Origin: the human T2T-CHM13v2.0 reference genome, Homo sapiens
NCBI RefSeq assembly: GCF_009914755.1
Contig: NC_060934.1
Direction: 5' to 3' (one strand)
DNA length: 64,000 bases
A program made the translations under genes and the position numbers. Positions 37,790 through 61,019 of this stretch are shown here, piece after piece; within the stretch, counting starts at the first letter, position 1, and the number at the start of each line of letters is the position of its first letter. The notes under the pieces were generated by a model, which saw only the letters and a list, made by a program, of their open reading frames with translations, did not search any database and was not told the DNA's origin.

Positions 37790-38425
37790 GAAATATTATC
37801 TGTATGCTAATAACTCTAAAATTTGCCTCTTAATTTTAAACCTGTCTTCTGAGTCCTGAACTTTGTTTCCAGTTCTTATATGACATCTCCACTTGAATAT
37901 CTCAAAGATATCTAAAACTTAACATGCCTTGAAACATAGCCCTTTTCCCCACAAACCAGTTCCCTCTCAGTCTTTCCCAATAAAGGCTACCTAGTTACTT
38001 AAACCAGTAATCCAGTAGCAGTAGATTGTCCCTCTTACCTGATCCCCAGACCCACATCATCAGAAAATCCTATTAACTCTATTTACAAATATATCTCGGC
38101 TCTTTAGCTCCACTGGCCTCCCATTATCTCTCAACTGCAGCTATTGTAACAACTTCCTAACCCTGATTCTACTCCATGATCAATCCTTCTCAACTAGAAC
38201 CATGGCATTCTGTATCTTAACCCTTTGTTAGTTTCCTTCATAGCACTCATTATCACCTGCAAATATTTTACTTATATGTCTGTTTCATTCATTTTTTTTG
38301 GTCTGTCTTCCACATGAGAACATAAGCTCCAGGAGGACAGGCACCATTGTACCCCCAGTGTACAGTAAACACAGTGCCTGAAACAATGTCAACACATAAT
38401 AAATATATATTGGATAGATGAAGAA
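37790..38425 (+). mobile_element. L2 3' fragment
   Basis: gacatctccacttgaatatctc ... acagtgcctgaaac...aataaatat terminus. Confidence 0.65.
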
Positions 38426-38759
38426 CTCTATTTGAGTTGTCTATGAAATATGTCAGAGTTGGTTTTCTGCTGATGGGCCACCCTAGTATATAATGAAACC
38501 TTGCCCATCCCAAACACAGTTCTTGTTATTCTAATTGTTGCTCTTCCCTTCTACTTGCTCTGCCTTTCTTTAAGAATTCAAAGATTGGAATTCCATGCTC
38601 TATCTTCCATATACATCCTATAACTTTCCTATTATTCCAGTTATCTTCTTGTATAATCAGTATATTTCTCTAGCTATTTTCTTGTATGATATTTCAGCAT
38701 TTTATCAAATATATTTTGCTAGCTTATTATTTCTCCCTCTAATATTACTATGTTACTAC

Positions 38760-38990
38760 TACATTATGTGTAGGTTCAACATCTTATATTCATTTTCTCA
38801 CTTAATCTTCATAACAACCCTATAAGGTATATATGTATTTTTATCTCCATTTCACAGAAAAGGAGATAAAGGTATAGTGAAGTGAAATAACTTGCCTAAA
38901 GACAAAGACTGGAAGTAAGAGGGCCAGGATTCAAATCCTGGTCTATCTGAGTCCAGTGACCAAAACCACAAGTTTATACTGTTTCCCTTA
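38760..38990 (-). mobile_element. MIR
   Basis: cttaatcttcataacaaccctataag...tctccatttcacag core. Confidence 0.7.
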
Positions 38991-39608
38991 CTTTGTTTTC
39001 TTTCTTTTTTTTATGTTATTTTATTTCCTAGAGGAGGAGATAGCTGCTAGTTTCCTCATTAAACAGCTTCTTTTAAAGAAGAGAAAACTGGACATTAAAG
39101 AAGAAAAATAGCTTTTCTTAGCAGTGGTAGACAGGAGAATAAGGATTCAAACCACAGCTGTCTGAATACGAGACCAATACATTTTTATTACCTCAAGGAT
39201 TCTTAATCAGAGGCTCAGAAGTTCCACAGAAGAACTTCAGAGGTCCACGGAATGCTTTAGAATTATAAGCAAAATTTTGTGCCTATCTACATAAGTCCAG
39301 TTTTCTGGAGAAATGGTCTATAGATTCTCAAAGAGGTCTCTGACTCCCTAAAAGGTGAAGAACCACCACTATACTGACAGCCTAAGAAAACGAAACATGA
39401 GACCCAATACTTCTTAAAATAAATGTGATTTACAATGTACAAGTTCATTTCTTAAAATTCTATTTTCATTCTTACTAATGAAAAGAAACCAATACTCTCC
39501 AACTGTTTAGAAAACATTTTGTAAAAGAACCATTTTAACCCTAATCTTTCCTAGTATGTTTTTATACTTTAAACACTAATACATTACTTCATTTAAAATG
39601 TGCCTTAC

Positions 39609-39716
39609 ATTCTTCAGGCTGAATAGATGAATAACTCCCAAGATTTAATAACTGACTGCTAAATGTTGATTGTAGTACTGTCTCACCAATCCATTGGTCC
39701 TCATGAATAACAACAT
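39609..39716 (-). pseudogene. SHLD2-like exon (108 nt, [36 protein letters not shown])
   Basis: ctag|ATGTTG...GAAT|gtaagg; frame is open. Confidence 0.93.
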
Positions 39717-41388
39717 CTAGAGAGAGAAAAAACATTCTGATCATGCCATAAATTCCTTCACAATGTGGTTAACCTACTAGTCACAGCAAAATATTATGCA
39801 TGCCTCCCATATACCAAGCAACTAGAGATCAAATAGGTTAAATAACCTGCCTAAGGGCACGAAATGACAAAACAGCAAATCTAAAATCTAAATCTAGGTA
39901 AATTAACAAAATTTCTTCTTTATATTCAAATGATAGCAGTATGGAAGTCCACTGCTCTATATAAAAAAGGTTTAATAGTTTTTATTTACATAAGGAAAAT
40001 GTTATCATGTATATTTCTGATACATCAAAAATAATTTTTTTTAGGACCAGAAGGCAAAGTAGTGGTTCCAAAGCCGTAGTGCCTAGGAGAGTAATAATAT
40101 TCAGTATGCACTGGTCCCTTCTACTATAAATATATCTGAATATAACACACTTGATTATTTTTCCCTAAATAGCACGATAATTATCTTCCACATAAGTTAA
40201 AAGTGAAAGACTTTGGAGGTAGGGAACATTTTCCAATTGGAAAGAGAGAGCTGTATATCTAAGACGGATAGAGTAGAATCAGGTAGAACTAAACATACCA
40301 ACAGGTAGAAACAATTGTAGGTAGAGCAAAACATGTGAGCTGTAAAGAGAAAGAGGGGAAGGGAGCTATCTCTAAGGCAGGATCTAATCAGCATACAGTG
40401 TCAGAGGTATAAACATATATTAACAATAGTGAAATAATTTAGAGATAATAGGAAAGAAAACCAAGGATGTATAAATTCCAAGTGATTACTTACAGATTTA
40501 GATTCCAGACCCTTTCCTCAGCTTTTGAACCTTTTATCTACAACTGCCTAATGGAAATTCCCACCTGGATATTCCATTGGCTCCCCAAACTCAGCAATGT
40601 CCAAATCTGCTTTTCCTTTCATAGCGCCCAACTCATTTATTGATGCTATGCTGCTAATCAAGTAAACTAAAATCTGAAGTCATCTTGCCTCTCCCTTCCC
40701 ACTCCTTGCCACCAGCTCCCACCTACCCCTCTGCTGCTTAAATGTGCCCATGCCCCACCACTACTACTGTTTTACATTACACATTCCTTTCCCTCCCAAC
40801 AGGTGCTTGTCCCGCCTGCAACCCATTTCTTACAATGCTAATGAGTCATTTATCAGAGCAGTAATGAGTTCAGGCGAGTGATATATCAGAGCATTAATGA
40901 GTTCAGGTGACTTACTAAAAAACAGTGGTTCCCCACTGCCTAGCCAGGAAGAGCTAGTACAGCATTCAAGACTTTTCATGATCCAACATTCAGGATGCAT
41001 GTTCTTCAGAAAAAAGGAACAGACAAGAAATTTCAAGGAGAGCATTCTGAAAGCTAGGACTGTGAAGCCTATGTTGGATTAGTGACATGGTAATCACTAG
41101 TGGTGCATGGAGGGGATGGGTAGCCCACCCTGGCCTCCTGGCTCCTTCCTACCCTCTCACTGACATGCCCCAGCTCCTAGTCCTTATTCTGTTTGTCCTT
41201 TAAACACTGTGGTTTCCCAATGTTAAGCCTCCCATCTTCTTCTAATTCTAGTCAGTAGTCTCCCTTAGGTAATCCTTATTTTTGGCATCTCTTCATTCTA
41301 TTGCTAGAAGTTATAATAGCAAACTGTCTACTGTGTTGGTATTCAACAAGGTCTGGAATACATCTGTTACTTCAAATTTTTCAGTATG

Positions 41389-41730
<342 letters not shown>

Positions 41731-42467
41731 CTACCCAAGCTATCCAACTAAGTTCACTGCCTCATTAGGACAACAGAAAAGTGTAGATTTCTTTTTTTTC
41801 CCAACATTTCCATCTGTTCCACACAAAAGAAACTTATTCAGAAATCGGTGAACTAGATCCTCTTTTTCTTAAAAAGACAAAAAAAATCTGATTTTTTAAA
41901 AAAATGTTCATAGAAATCATCTAAATGTCTTATAATAGGAAAATGGTTAAGTAAATTGCATTACAGCCACCAGAGAGAATGTTACCTAGTCGTTAACAAC
42001 TATAGAGATGTTAGGAAAAAATACAGAGATTGCAGAGTTGAGTTTACACCTACCTAGGAAAAAGGAAAAGGCCCCTGAGAGGTCCCTGCTGACATTAATT
42101 GCCTCGGTAAAATGACCATGGTCCAGGATCCAGCCCTCTTTTACAGTCTGGGAAACTTAATTTTGTTAACACTCCAAAACTAGATTTCAGCTCTGCAACA
42201 TAAGCTCATACTAAATCAATTAATGAAACAAATTAAAGAAAAAAAAACATTTTTTTTTCATTTACAATAATTGCCCCAAAAAAACAGTATTTCAGCCTGT
42301 TCTCATGCTGTGGGCAGCTCTACAACTAGAAAGCCAAATCACAAGCAAAGAGGTATTCAGCAAGCACTGAATCAGAACAGAGGGAGTTAGGTGAATTGAA
42401 CCTCCAATAATATAATCACATATAAATAATATTAGCTAATACTGCCAGTGGGATGTGGCTATGCTAA

Positions 42468-42881
<414 letters not shown>

Positions 42882-43072
42882 CTATTTGGTAGGACTATCA
42901 ATATTGCTTCGAAGTTTTCTTTTTCTAAATACCGCCTCTGTATCACATTCTTTCTTTAGATATTTTATTAAGCTTAATCAACTTCCTCCTGCTCTAATAC
43001 ACCATGTGTCAATTTTAAATCAACAAAGAACACGTAACACAATGTTAGATGTGTTCGATGAAAACATATTCT

Positions 43073-43367
43073 GGCCAGGCACGGTGGCTCACACTTGTAA
43101 TCCTAGCATTTTGGGAGGGCGAGGTGGGCGGATCACCTGAGGACAGGAGTTCGAAACCAGCCCGGCCAACATGGTGAAACCCCGTCTCTATAAAAATACA
43201 AAAATTAGCCAGGCATGGTGGCTTGCACCTGTAATCTCAGCTACTCGAAAGGCTGAGGCAGGAGAATCACCTGCACCCAGGAGGCGGAGGTTGCAGTGAG
43301 TCAAGATTGTGCCACTGCGCTCCAGTCTGGGTGACAGAGCAAGACTGTCTCAAAAAAAAAAAAAAAA
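43073..43367 (+). mobile_element. Alu (Sx-like) abutting the 7SL copy
   Basis: Dimeric Alu flanked by atattct on both sides. Confidence 0.9.
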
Positions 43368-43380
43368 TTAAATATTCTCT

Positions 43381-43860
43381 CTGGGTGCAGCGGCATGCGT
43401 GCCTGTAGTCCTGGCTACTTGGGAGACTGAGGCAGGAGGCTCACTTGAGCCCAGGAGTTCAGAGTTGTAGCCGATCAGGTGTTTGCACTAAGCTTGCCAT
43501 CAATATAGTGACCTCCTGGGAGTGGAGGACCACAGGTTCCCTAAGGAGGGGTGAACTGGTCCAGGTTGGAAACAAGGGCATGTTAAAAATACCATGGGCA
43601 CGGTAGCTCACGCCTGTAATCCTAGCACTTTGGGAGGCTGCGGCAGGAGGATCAATTGAGCCCAGGAGTTGGAGATCAGACTGGGTAATGCAGTGAGATC
43701 CTGTCCTTATTAAACAAACAAACAAAAAATTAAAAATAACAATTCAAAAATTCTCATGCTGATCAGTAATGGGATTGTGCCCGTGAGTACCCACTGCACT
43801 TGGCAACATAGCAAGACTCTGTCTCTTAAAAATAAATAAATTAAAAATTAAAAAAACAAA
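43381..43860 (+). pseudogene. 7SL (SRP RNA) retropseudogene, full length, interrupted by a FLAM
   Basis: Contains 7SL S-domain sequence absent from Alu (gccgatcaggtgtttgcactaag, ctaaggaggggtgaactggtccaggttggaaac, tgctgatcagtaatgggat). A-rich tail; degenerate TSD aaatattctct / aaatgttcttt. Confidence 0.9.
43596..43745 (+). mobile_element. FLAM (Alu left monomer) inserted in the 7SL copy
   Basis: Single left arm plus A-rich tail, flanked by aaaaataccatg / aaaaattctcatg. Confidence 0.8.
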
Positions 43861-43884
43861 ATGTTCTTTATGGTTACAACTATA

Positions 43885-44110
43885 TAGTAAGAGTATAAAT
43901 TCTGGAGTCTAGGAGAAACTATAGCTTTGCCACTTCCTAGATGTATGACATTGGACAAGTTACTTTACTTCTCTGGGCTTCAGCTTCCTCAACTGAAAAG
44001 TGGGGATAAAAATCAGTACCTTCCTCATATACTTGTTGTAATGAAATATGCATGTAAAATCTAAAACAGGGTCTCACAAACTAAGCTCCCAATAAATATG
44101 AGCTTCTATG
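43885..44110 (+). mobile_element. MIR
   Basis: tgacattggacaagttactttacttctctgggcttcagcttcctca core. Confidence 0.75.
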
Positions 44111-44333
44111 TGTGATATATACACACATGCACACACATTTTAAGGAGAACAGAGAAAATAACTGGAAGGCAACACTCTCGAACTCTATTGGTGGTTATAT
44201 GAAGTTGGTATAATACCAGTTTTTTCCTTTCCATATTTCCAAGTGTAATTAATATAATTTTGATAATAAAATAAGGCAACAGAAATCAATAACTGTTCCC
44301 ACAGTAAAAACACAATGTGCACAGCATTATTAG

Positions 44334-44612
<279 letters not shown>

Positions 44613-44878
44613 TAGGGAAGGCTTATTAAAGGAGGGGATAAGTGGAAAGAAGGGGCAGAGCTGAGAAGGATAGAACAGAGGCCCAGAAGTGGCAATGGGC
44701 AGGAGAGTGGACAATGGAAAGGAGAGCAATGCAGATGCAATAAAGGGATCAATTATGCTGAGCTCAGAAGAGGCAAATGACTAAAGAAAGAGTCTTCAAA
44801 GACTAAGTGGGAGAAAAACAAAAACAAACAAAACTTAGCTTTATAAAATAAGCTACCACTATACCATAATGACCTCAC

Positions 44879-46405
44879 CCGTGAGTCAAATTATATCTCC
44901 AAGAAACACTGTAAATGCCCAAAATGCTGCAGTCCTCCACAGAAAAACCTTCTTCTTAGTTTCTGATTGATCACTTACTGTAACTGTTGCTAAAGGCACT
45001 TTAGAGCCAGAATTTGGTCCGAATTTTGTTTATTTCCTTCACATGGCATGGAGATAGCACCATGACTAAACAATTATACTTCTGGCTTTTAGAATCACAG
45101 TTTTTTATTAATGATGTTTTTTTAATACTCTTAAATTCAGACACATTTCTCCGATCCATTTCTACAGCAGAATCTCCTCCATTAGAAATCACTTCATTTT
45201 CTTAGCTACTTGAAGGACTCCAGATAGAGCTTCAGACTGGCCCACTTTATCTTCAGAGGTACAGCTTCTTTTAATAGCACTTTTGTGGAAGGTATTTAGT
45301 TGGGAACACAGTATTCCTGAGCTACACAACTCAATATGTATCTCATTTGGTGGCAGTTCATCTTCAGAACTGAAAAGTTCTTGAGATCCTGTATGTTCTT
45401 CAAGACCTTTATCAGAGTTTATGTAAATGCGGCTATTTTCTGTTTTAGGACAAACAGGACTAAAAAGTTCAAGGGAATATGCTTGGTTTTGTCCACTTTC
45501 ATATGCTTCTGTAAAACCATCAAGCTGAATCGAATTCTCTTCAGGTATTCTTATCTCCCCGTAACTTGCCTTTGGCTCAGTCTCCATGTTTACATTCCCT
45601 TTATTTACAGGACTCCGCCTTTTATCTTTCTTTTGAGCTAAAAAAAGCAACCTGGCTGGAGGTAATTATACTGAGAAATTCTTTATCAGTTGATATTTTA
45701 AGGTCTGAGACCTTCTTAACTGCTGCTTCAGACCTTGACTTATCTACTGAGTTCGAGGAAAATAATCCCAAACACTGGTTTTGTATTTCATGATATTCTG
45801 TTGGCACACACTCTCTTTGTACCACTTCAGGCCCTATATTAATTTTTTCAGTACTACAAACCAAATCCAACACAGCTGCACATTTATGGCCCAACTGAAA
45901 CAAATTTGTGTTAAAGTTCTGACCACATATATCTGGCTGATGTTTAGGCTGTTCATCTCTAATTTTATTTTCACTGAGAAGCTTTGATACTTTTCTTCTT
46001 CGGTTAAATGCGGAACTGTGCTTTTAAATCCACATATTTGCATATTAGAGCTAGTTATGTCACTCAGTCTAGAGGAGTGAATCTTCTGGGATTCTATATT
46101 CTGTGTTTCAGAAACAGAATGTACAAAGTCATCTTTCACATGAACATGTCTATTCATACAGTTTGCTAAGAAATGACCACAAAGATCTGGAGAACCAATA
46201 GAATCTGGGACTTCATAGTTTTCAAGATTTTTGTGCTGTTTTTCATCCTTCAGATATAAAGAATGTTGACTGTATAAAAGCTGAATTTTTTTCCAGGGGT
46301 CAGCAACAGACATTAAAGAAGCTGTGTCTTCTGATACTGTCATTTTCAGTGAAGCAACTGGAGCACCCCAAAAAATGTGGACTTGAGATCCTCCACTCAT
46401 GATTT
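44879..46405 (-). pseudogene. SHLD2-like large first coding exon (1527 nt, ATG at 46400)
   Basis: Acceptor ttttatcag|AAATCATG and donor ACGG|gtgagg. ORF-track pieces 45834-46457, 45622-45903, 45189-45650 and 45001-45192 tile the SHLD2 N-terminal half in shifting frames. Confidence 0.95.
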
Positions 46406-46632
46406 CTGATAAAAATGAAAAATCCAAAATTAATATATTGTCAGCATATTTTTGCATATGGATATTAACTTAATAATGTACCAAAAGAAAATATAACTGA
46501 GTCAAAAACATAATTAACATAGGTGATTTTTTTGATATGCCATTTAATTATATAAAATTCATAAATACACAAGAAATTATTAAGGAGAAATCACAATATT
46601 CACAAAAATTTTTCACCTAAAGACTCTCTTTA

Positions 46633-46915
46633 GGCCGGGCGCAGTGGCTCACACCTGTAATCCCAGCTCTTTGGGAGGCCGAGGTGGGTGGATCACGAGG
46701 TCAGGAGATCGAGACCATCCTGCCTAACAGCGTGAAACGCCGTCTATACTAAAAACAAAAAATTAGCTGGACGTGGTAGCACACGCCTGTAGTCCCAGCC
46801 ACTTGAAGGCTGAGGCAGAAGACTCGCTTGAACCCAGGAGGCGGAGGTTGCAGTGAGCCTAGATTGCACCACTGCACTCTAGCCTGGGCAACAGAGTGAG
46901 ACTCCATCTCATAAA
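46633..46915 (+). mobile_element. Alu (Sc-like)
   Basis: TSD aaagactctcttta; about 230 nt from the acceptor of the large exon. Confidence 0.9.
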
Positions 46916-46984
46916 AAGACTCTCTTTAAGGGAAATAAAGCTAAGCACACTCACATCAAACAAGTTAATAGGTTTTTAGTATGT

Positions 46985-49877
<2,893 letters not shown>

Positions 49878-50564
49878 GTGATAGGAGCTACTACAGGATT
49901 AAAAGGAAGGGACAGCATCTCTAGAAGAGAGAAGCCTGGGGCAGTTCAACCAATGTGGAACTGCCCATTATCTGCATTTTTCATAGGCTCTTAGGACTAC
50001 AGTTAATCACAAAATTTTGGAACTGAATTTTATTAATGTTCAGAAAAAAAGTCATATAATAAAGTCCCCGAGTCATTCCCCACCCCAAAATAGGGCCCAG
50101 GAAAGCTGCCCTAATTGCCTTACCCAAGGGACAGGCCTACTATGGGTAATCTCCAAAATGTTTAAAAGGCATATACGACATTTACTGCTTCTGTGTCCTC
50201 ACTTAATATTTTCTCCTAAATGTTCTGCAACCTTTCATTTCCTATCTGTGATAAGACAATAATGAAGTCCAAATTGCCAAATAAGAACTCACAGTGCTTC
50301 ACCACTGCAGTTGTGAAACTCTCTCCTTAGTTTCTAGAACATTACTCTTTCCTAAATTGTTCTACCTCTCCAATTTCTCTCTCTCTCTCTTCCTCCTTGG
50401 GCCACCTCTTTCCATTCCACACACCTCTAGAGAATTTCATCCAATCCCATTCATATAACTACTACATATCCAGCTGTGCTTTACATATCTATACTGAGCC
50501 AATCTCTCTCCCAAACTTCAGACCTATATTTCTAGCATTACTATATTTGATAGGATCACAGTAG

Positions 50565-51042
<478 letters not shown>

Positions 51043-51101
51043 GGCACAAGGTTATTATATATAACTGTTATTTCAGTGTGCCTTCACTTATTTGTCTAAA
51101 T

Positions 51102-51624
<523 letters not shown>

Positions 51625-52621
51625 GTCTAAACAAATACCCTTGTAAGTGTGGAACTGTTACCCTACCCTCCTCACCCCCCCCCCAAAAAAAAAAAACTTG
51701 ACTAGAAAGTGGCCCTATTAATTCAAAAAATAGTAAATTTTTAAAAAGTGTTTATACCAAAGGCTACTGCTACTAAATACTCCAATTTATAGGAGTTGTG
51801 AGTATGTGAGTAGGAGGATGGAAACTGGCAAGGGCAGGGGGAAACAAAATATGTATGATAGCCAAATTATACAGACAGAAAAGTTATGGACAACTGATTA
51901 ATTTCAATAATTCTAGGATATGTTTTAGGTGTACTCAGAGGGTTAAAGGTCATTAAGATACCAGATGAAACTTGCAAGTACATCTCCATTACCGCAGTTA
52001 ATAATTATACAATTTCTCAATCTGCAGAAGGCCGCTTCAGTCGGAAAAACCAATACAACCATAATCCTTTATCTTTAGAGTGGTCAGAGTCTGATGAATG
52101 GGTCAAAGATTTCTAAAACAGGATGAACTGTATCAGCAGGTTTTGTCTTTGCAGAACACTGCAACTAAAAAAAATGCTTATTACAAAACATGTATCATTA
52201 AAAGAGAGTGCTTTTCCCCTCTTATTACCAGGGAGTGAAAAAACTCCCTGTAGTAATGCCTTTTCATGTCTATTTTACCAAAAACACCAAAAAAATCATA
52301 AAGTTGCTCAATAGCATCAAATGACAAAGAAGCCACATGGGATTGTAATTAAAAGCAAGGGATTTGGAACAAGAGAGATGTGGGTTCAAATTACTACTCT
52401 GCAACTTACTCAAACTTGAAATTATTGAAGTTAAGTGATAGTTGCATGGGGTTCATTATACTATCCTTTGCTGGTGGTTAAAGAAAATCATCCTTTTATT
52501 CTTTGACCTGATTGAACCAAATTCAATTTGCTATCATAGTTCATTTGTGTTAACAACACAGTACTAATAACCCACGTACTGTGTATATTCATGCTGAACT
52601 CTTTTAAGAATTACTAAATGT

Positions 52622-53188
<567 letters not shown>

Positions 53189-53642
53189 TTAGTAAATGCT
53201 TGTACCTAAATTTACTCTTTAAAATAATAGAAAATGTCCACTTTTTATGCGACTTATGAAAGGATATAAGATGATTTTTTTCCTCAGAAACAAAAGCAGT
53301 TGAAGTTTAAAGCTATCGCTCATTTAGTATCTCAAAGTAATAGCCACTAAAGCCAACCTGTGAGCAGACAACTGACTTCTCGACTCTCTTTGCATAACTT
53401 TTAATTTCCTTTGCAATTGTCTTTGGTATTCAAGTGAGACATCTGTAATCACATTCTCATCAACAACTGAGATGCCTTAGGCCAGTGTGGGTGAGCCTCT
53501 CTTATTCTGGCTTGCAATACAACGGGAATTTCTCCCTTTCACTCTTGTTCCAGGGCATTTGCCTTCTCCCAATAAAGTCCAAGCACTCAAACAGAAAGTG
53601 AACTTTACTCTAGCTGGTTTTCTGGCCTTAGGAATAGGGTGA

Positions 53643-53975
<333 letters not shown>

Positions 53976-54580
53976 AGGTGAACATGCCTTCTGATTTGCC
54001 CAGAACAGTCCTAGTTTAGGCATGCCCTTCTGGTGTCCTGTTTAGTCAGGATCTTTTTTCCTTCTCAAAGGGTTGGAGATAGACTATATGGTATTCCTAG
54101 TTAAGAACCATATAAACACATGAATAAATATTCTATTAATGAAGAATGTGCCTTCTAATACACTTTATCTAAAATATTATAACAGGATTAACAGGTAAAG
54201 GGAAACATTGCTCAGTTTTCCTGTTAAAATATTTAAATAACAATGAAATACTAATTGAAATAAGGTTGAATTTTGTCTAAAAACTATGATACACATTTGA
54301 GACTCTCAAGACTGAGGTAAGACTCAAATGAGGTAAGACAGAGAACCCATGTTTGGCAACTAAGGGGGAAAAAAAGAGGATCATGGCCGCCAGGTCTGTG
54401 TAATGAAGCTATGAGACAATGGGATAAGAGTTTTTTGGATCCAGCATTACTAGAAAATGTCTCAGCCCAGATGTCATTTGTCCAATGTCACGCCTAAGGT
54501 CGAAGAAGAAATCCTCAAATTCCTAAAATATCACACTTTGCCTCCCCATCCACACCATGCAACATCAAAAGGCCAGAATT

Positions 54581-54900
54581 TGGCCACGCACGGTGGCTCA
54601 AGCTTGTAATTACAGTACTTTACTTTGGGAGGCTGAGGCAGACAGGTTGCTTCAGCTCAGTAGTTCGAGACCAGTCTAGGCAACATGGTAAGACTATGTC
54701 GCTACAAAAAATTTTTTAAAAAAATTGCTGGGTAGGGTGGTATGTGCCTGTAGTCCCAGCTACTCAGGAGGCTGAAGTGAAAGGATCACCTGAGCCTGGG
54801 AGATCAAGGCTACAGTAAGCCGTGATTGTGCCACTGCACTCCAGCCTGGATGACAGAGTGAGACACTGTCTCTAAAAAAAAAAAAAAAAAAAAAAAAGTA
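54581..54900 (+). mobile_element. Alu (J-like)
   Basis: Dimeric Alu with poly(A). Confidence 0.88.
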
Positions 54901-55698
54901 AAAATAAAAAGGACTGAACTTTAAAACTAGTAATCATGAACTCACAGGTAGGTGCCAGGGGTATGCCTGCCAACCCCTGTGCTTGCTTTCATCTCCACCC
55001 ACCTCCCACAAAAGATGAAAAACAAAACAAACACAATCAAGAAAAATTAAAAAAAAAAAAAAAGAACTTTGCTACTTACGCCTTGACATTCCTTTGTGAA
55101 AAGTCATACTCAGCAAATAACAACTCCACTATCCCAATTCCCCAGGCCAAAAACCTTGGCATCATCACTGATATCTTTCTTTTTCCCTGTGCTCTACTTC
55201 CAATTTCTCATCAAATCCTTTTGGTCCTATCTTTAACGTTCATTCAGGGTTTGACCACTTTTCTCCACCTCTACCTGCTACTGCCTGGCTCAAATCACCA
55301 TCCTTCTTCCACCACCATCCCCCTAGAAAACAGAGTTTACAAAAGGAACTTGCCCCAGGTCAGGAAGACTGCAGGTAGTGGAGGGAGTACTGGCATGTAG
55401 GAAATCAAACAGCAGAACATAAGTTCTTAACTACCACACTGACTCTCTGGTTTTTTGCCTTTGCACAATGTGGAGCTAGAATCCAAGTTAGAACACTGCC
55501 ATTGAGTCATATGACATATGCTCCTAAAGCACTGATTTATCTAAAGAGGTATGAAAAGAATAAAACTTCAGCATAAAGGAGCTTCCTTATCAAAGAATTC
55601 CCATAAGAAAGTTCATTATAACTTAATGATGGGGTAAATAACTGGTTTTTAAGAAGACTTCTCTCCTTTTAAAAATTTATTTTTTATTCAGCTGGTAA

Positions 55699-60800
<5,102 letters not shown>

Positions 60801-61019
60801 TGTTAGGACACTAGAAGGGAGTCTGAGTCAATCCAATATGTAACTGAGCTGGGTGTGGGCTATGATGCAGCTTTAATTTAACATTAATCACTGGCTTCAA
60901 ATATTTAAGGACTGAGATCAAGCCTTTCACTTGAGCAGGTCTGGGATCTGAGCCTAGGTAAAATTACAGAGACCTGCTTGTGTTTCATAGCCAAGCCACC
61001 AATTTTTAAAACTGTGGGA

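Noticed and set aside
46401-46457. Upstream ATG extending the ORF to 207 aa
   Set aside because: The extension runs through the polypyrimidine tract and AG acceptor (46406-46407), so it is intronic.
55072-55110. Possible upstream non-coding exon (GC|GTAAGT donor on the minus strand)
   Set aside because: No convincing acceptor; adjoins L2-like sequence; cannot be supported without transcript data.
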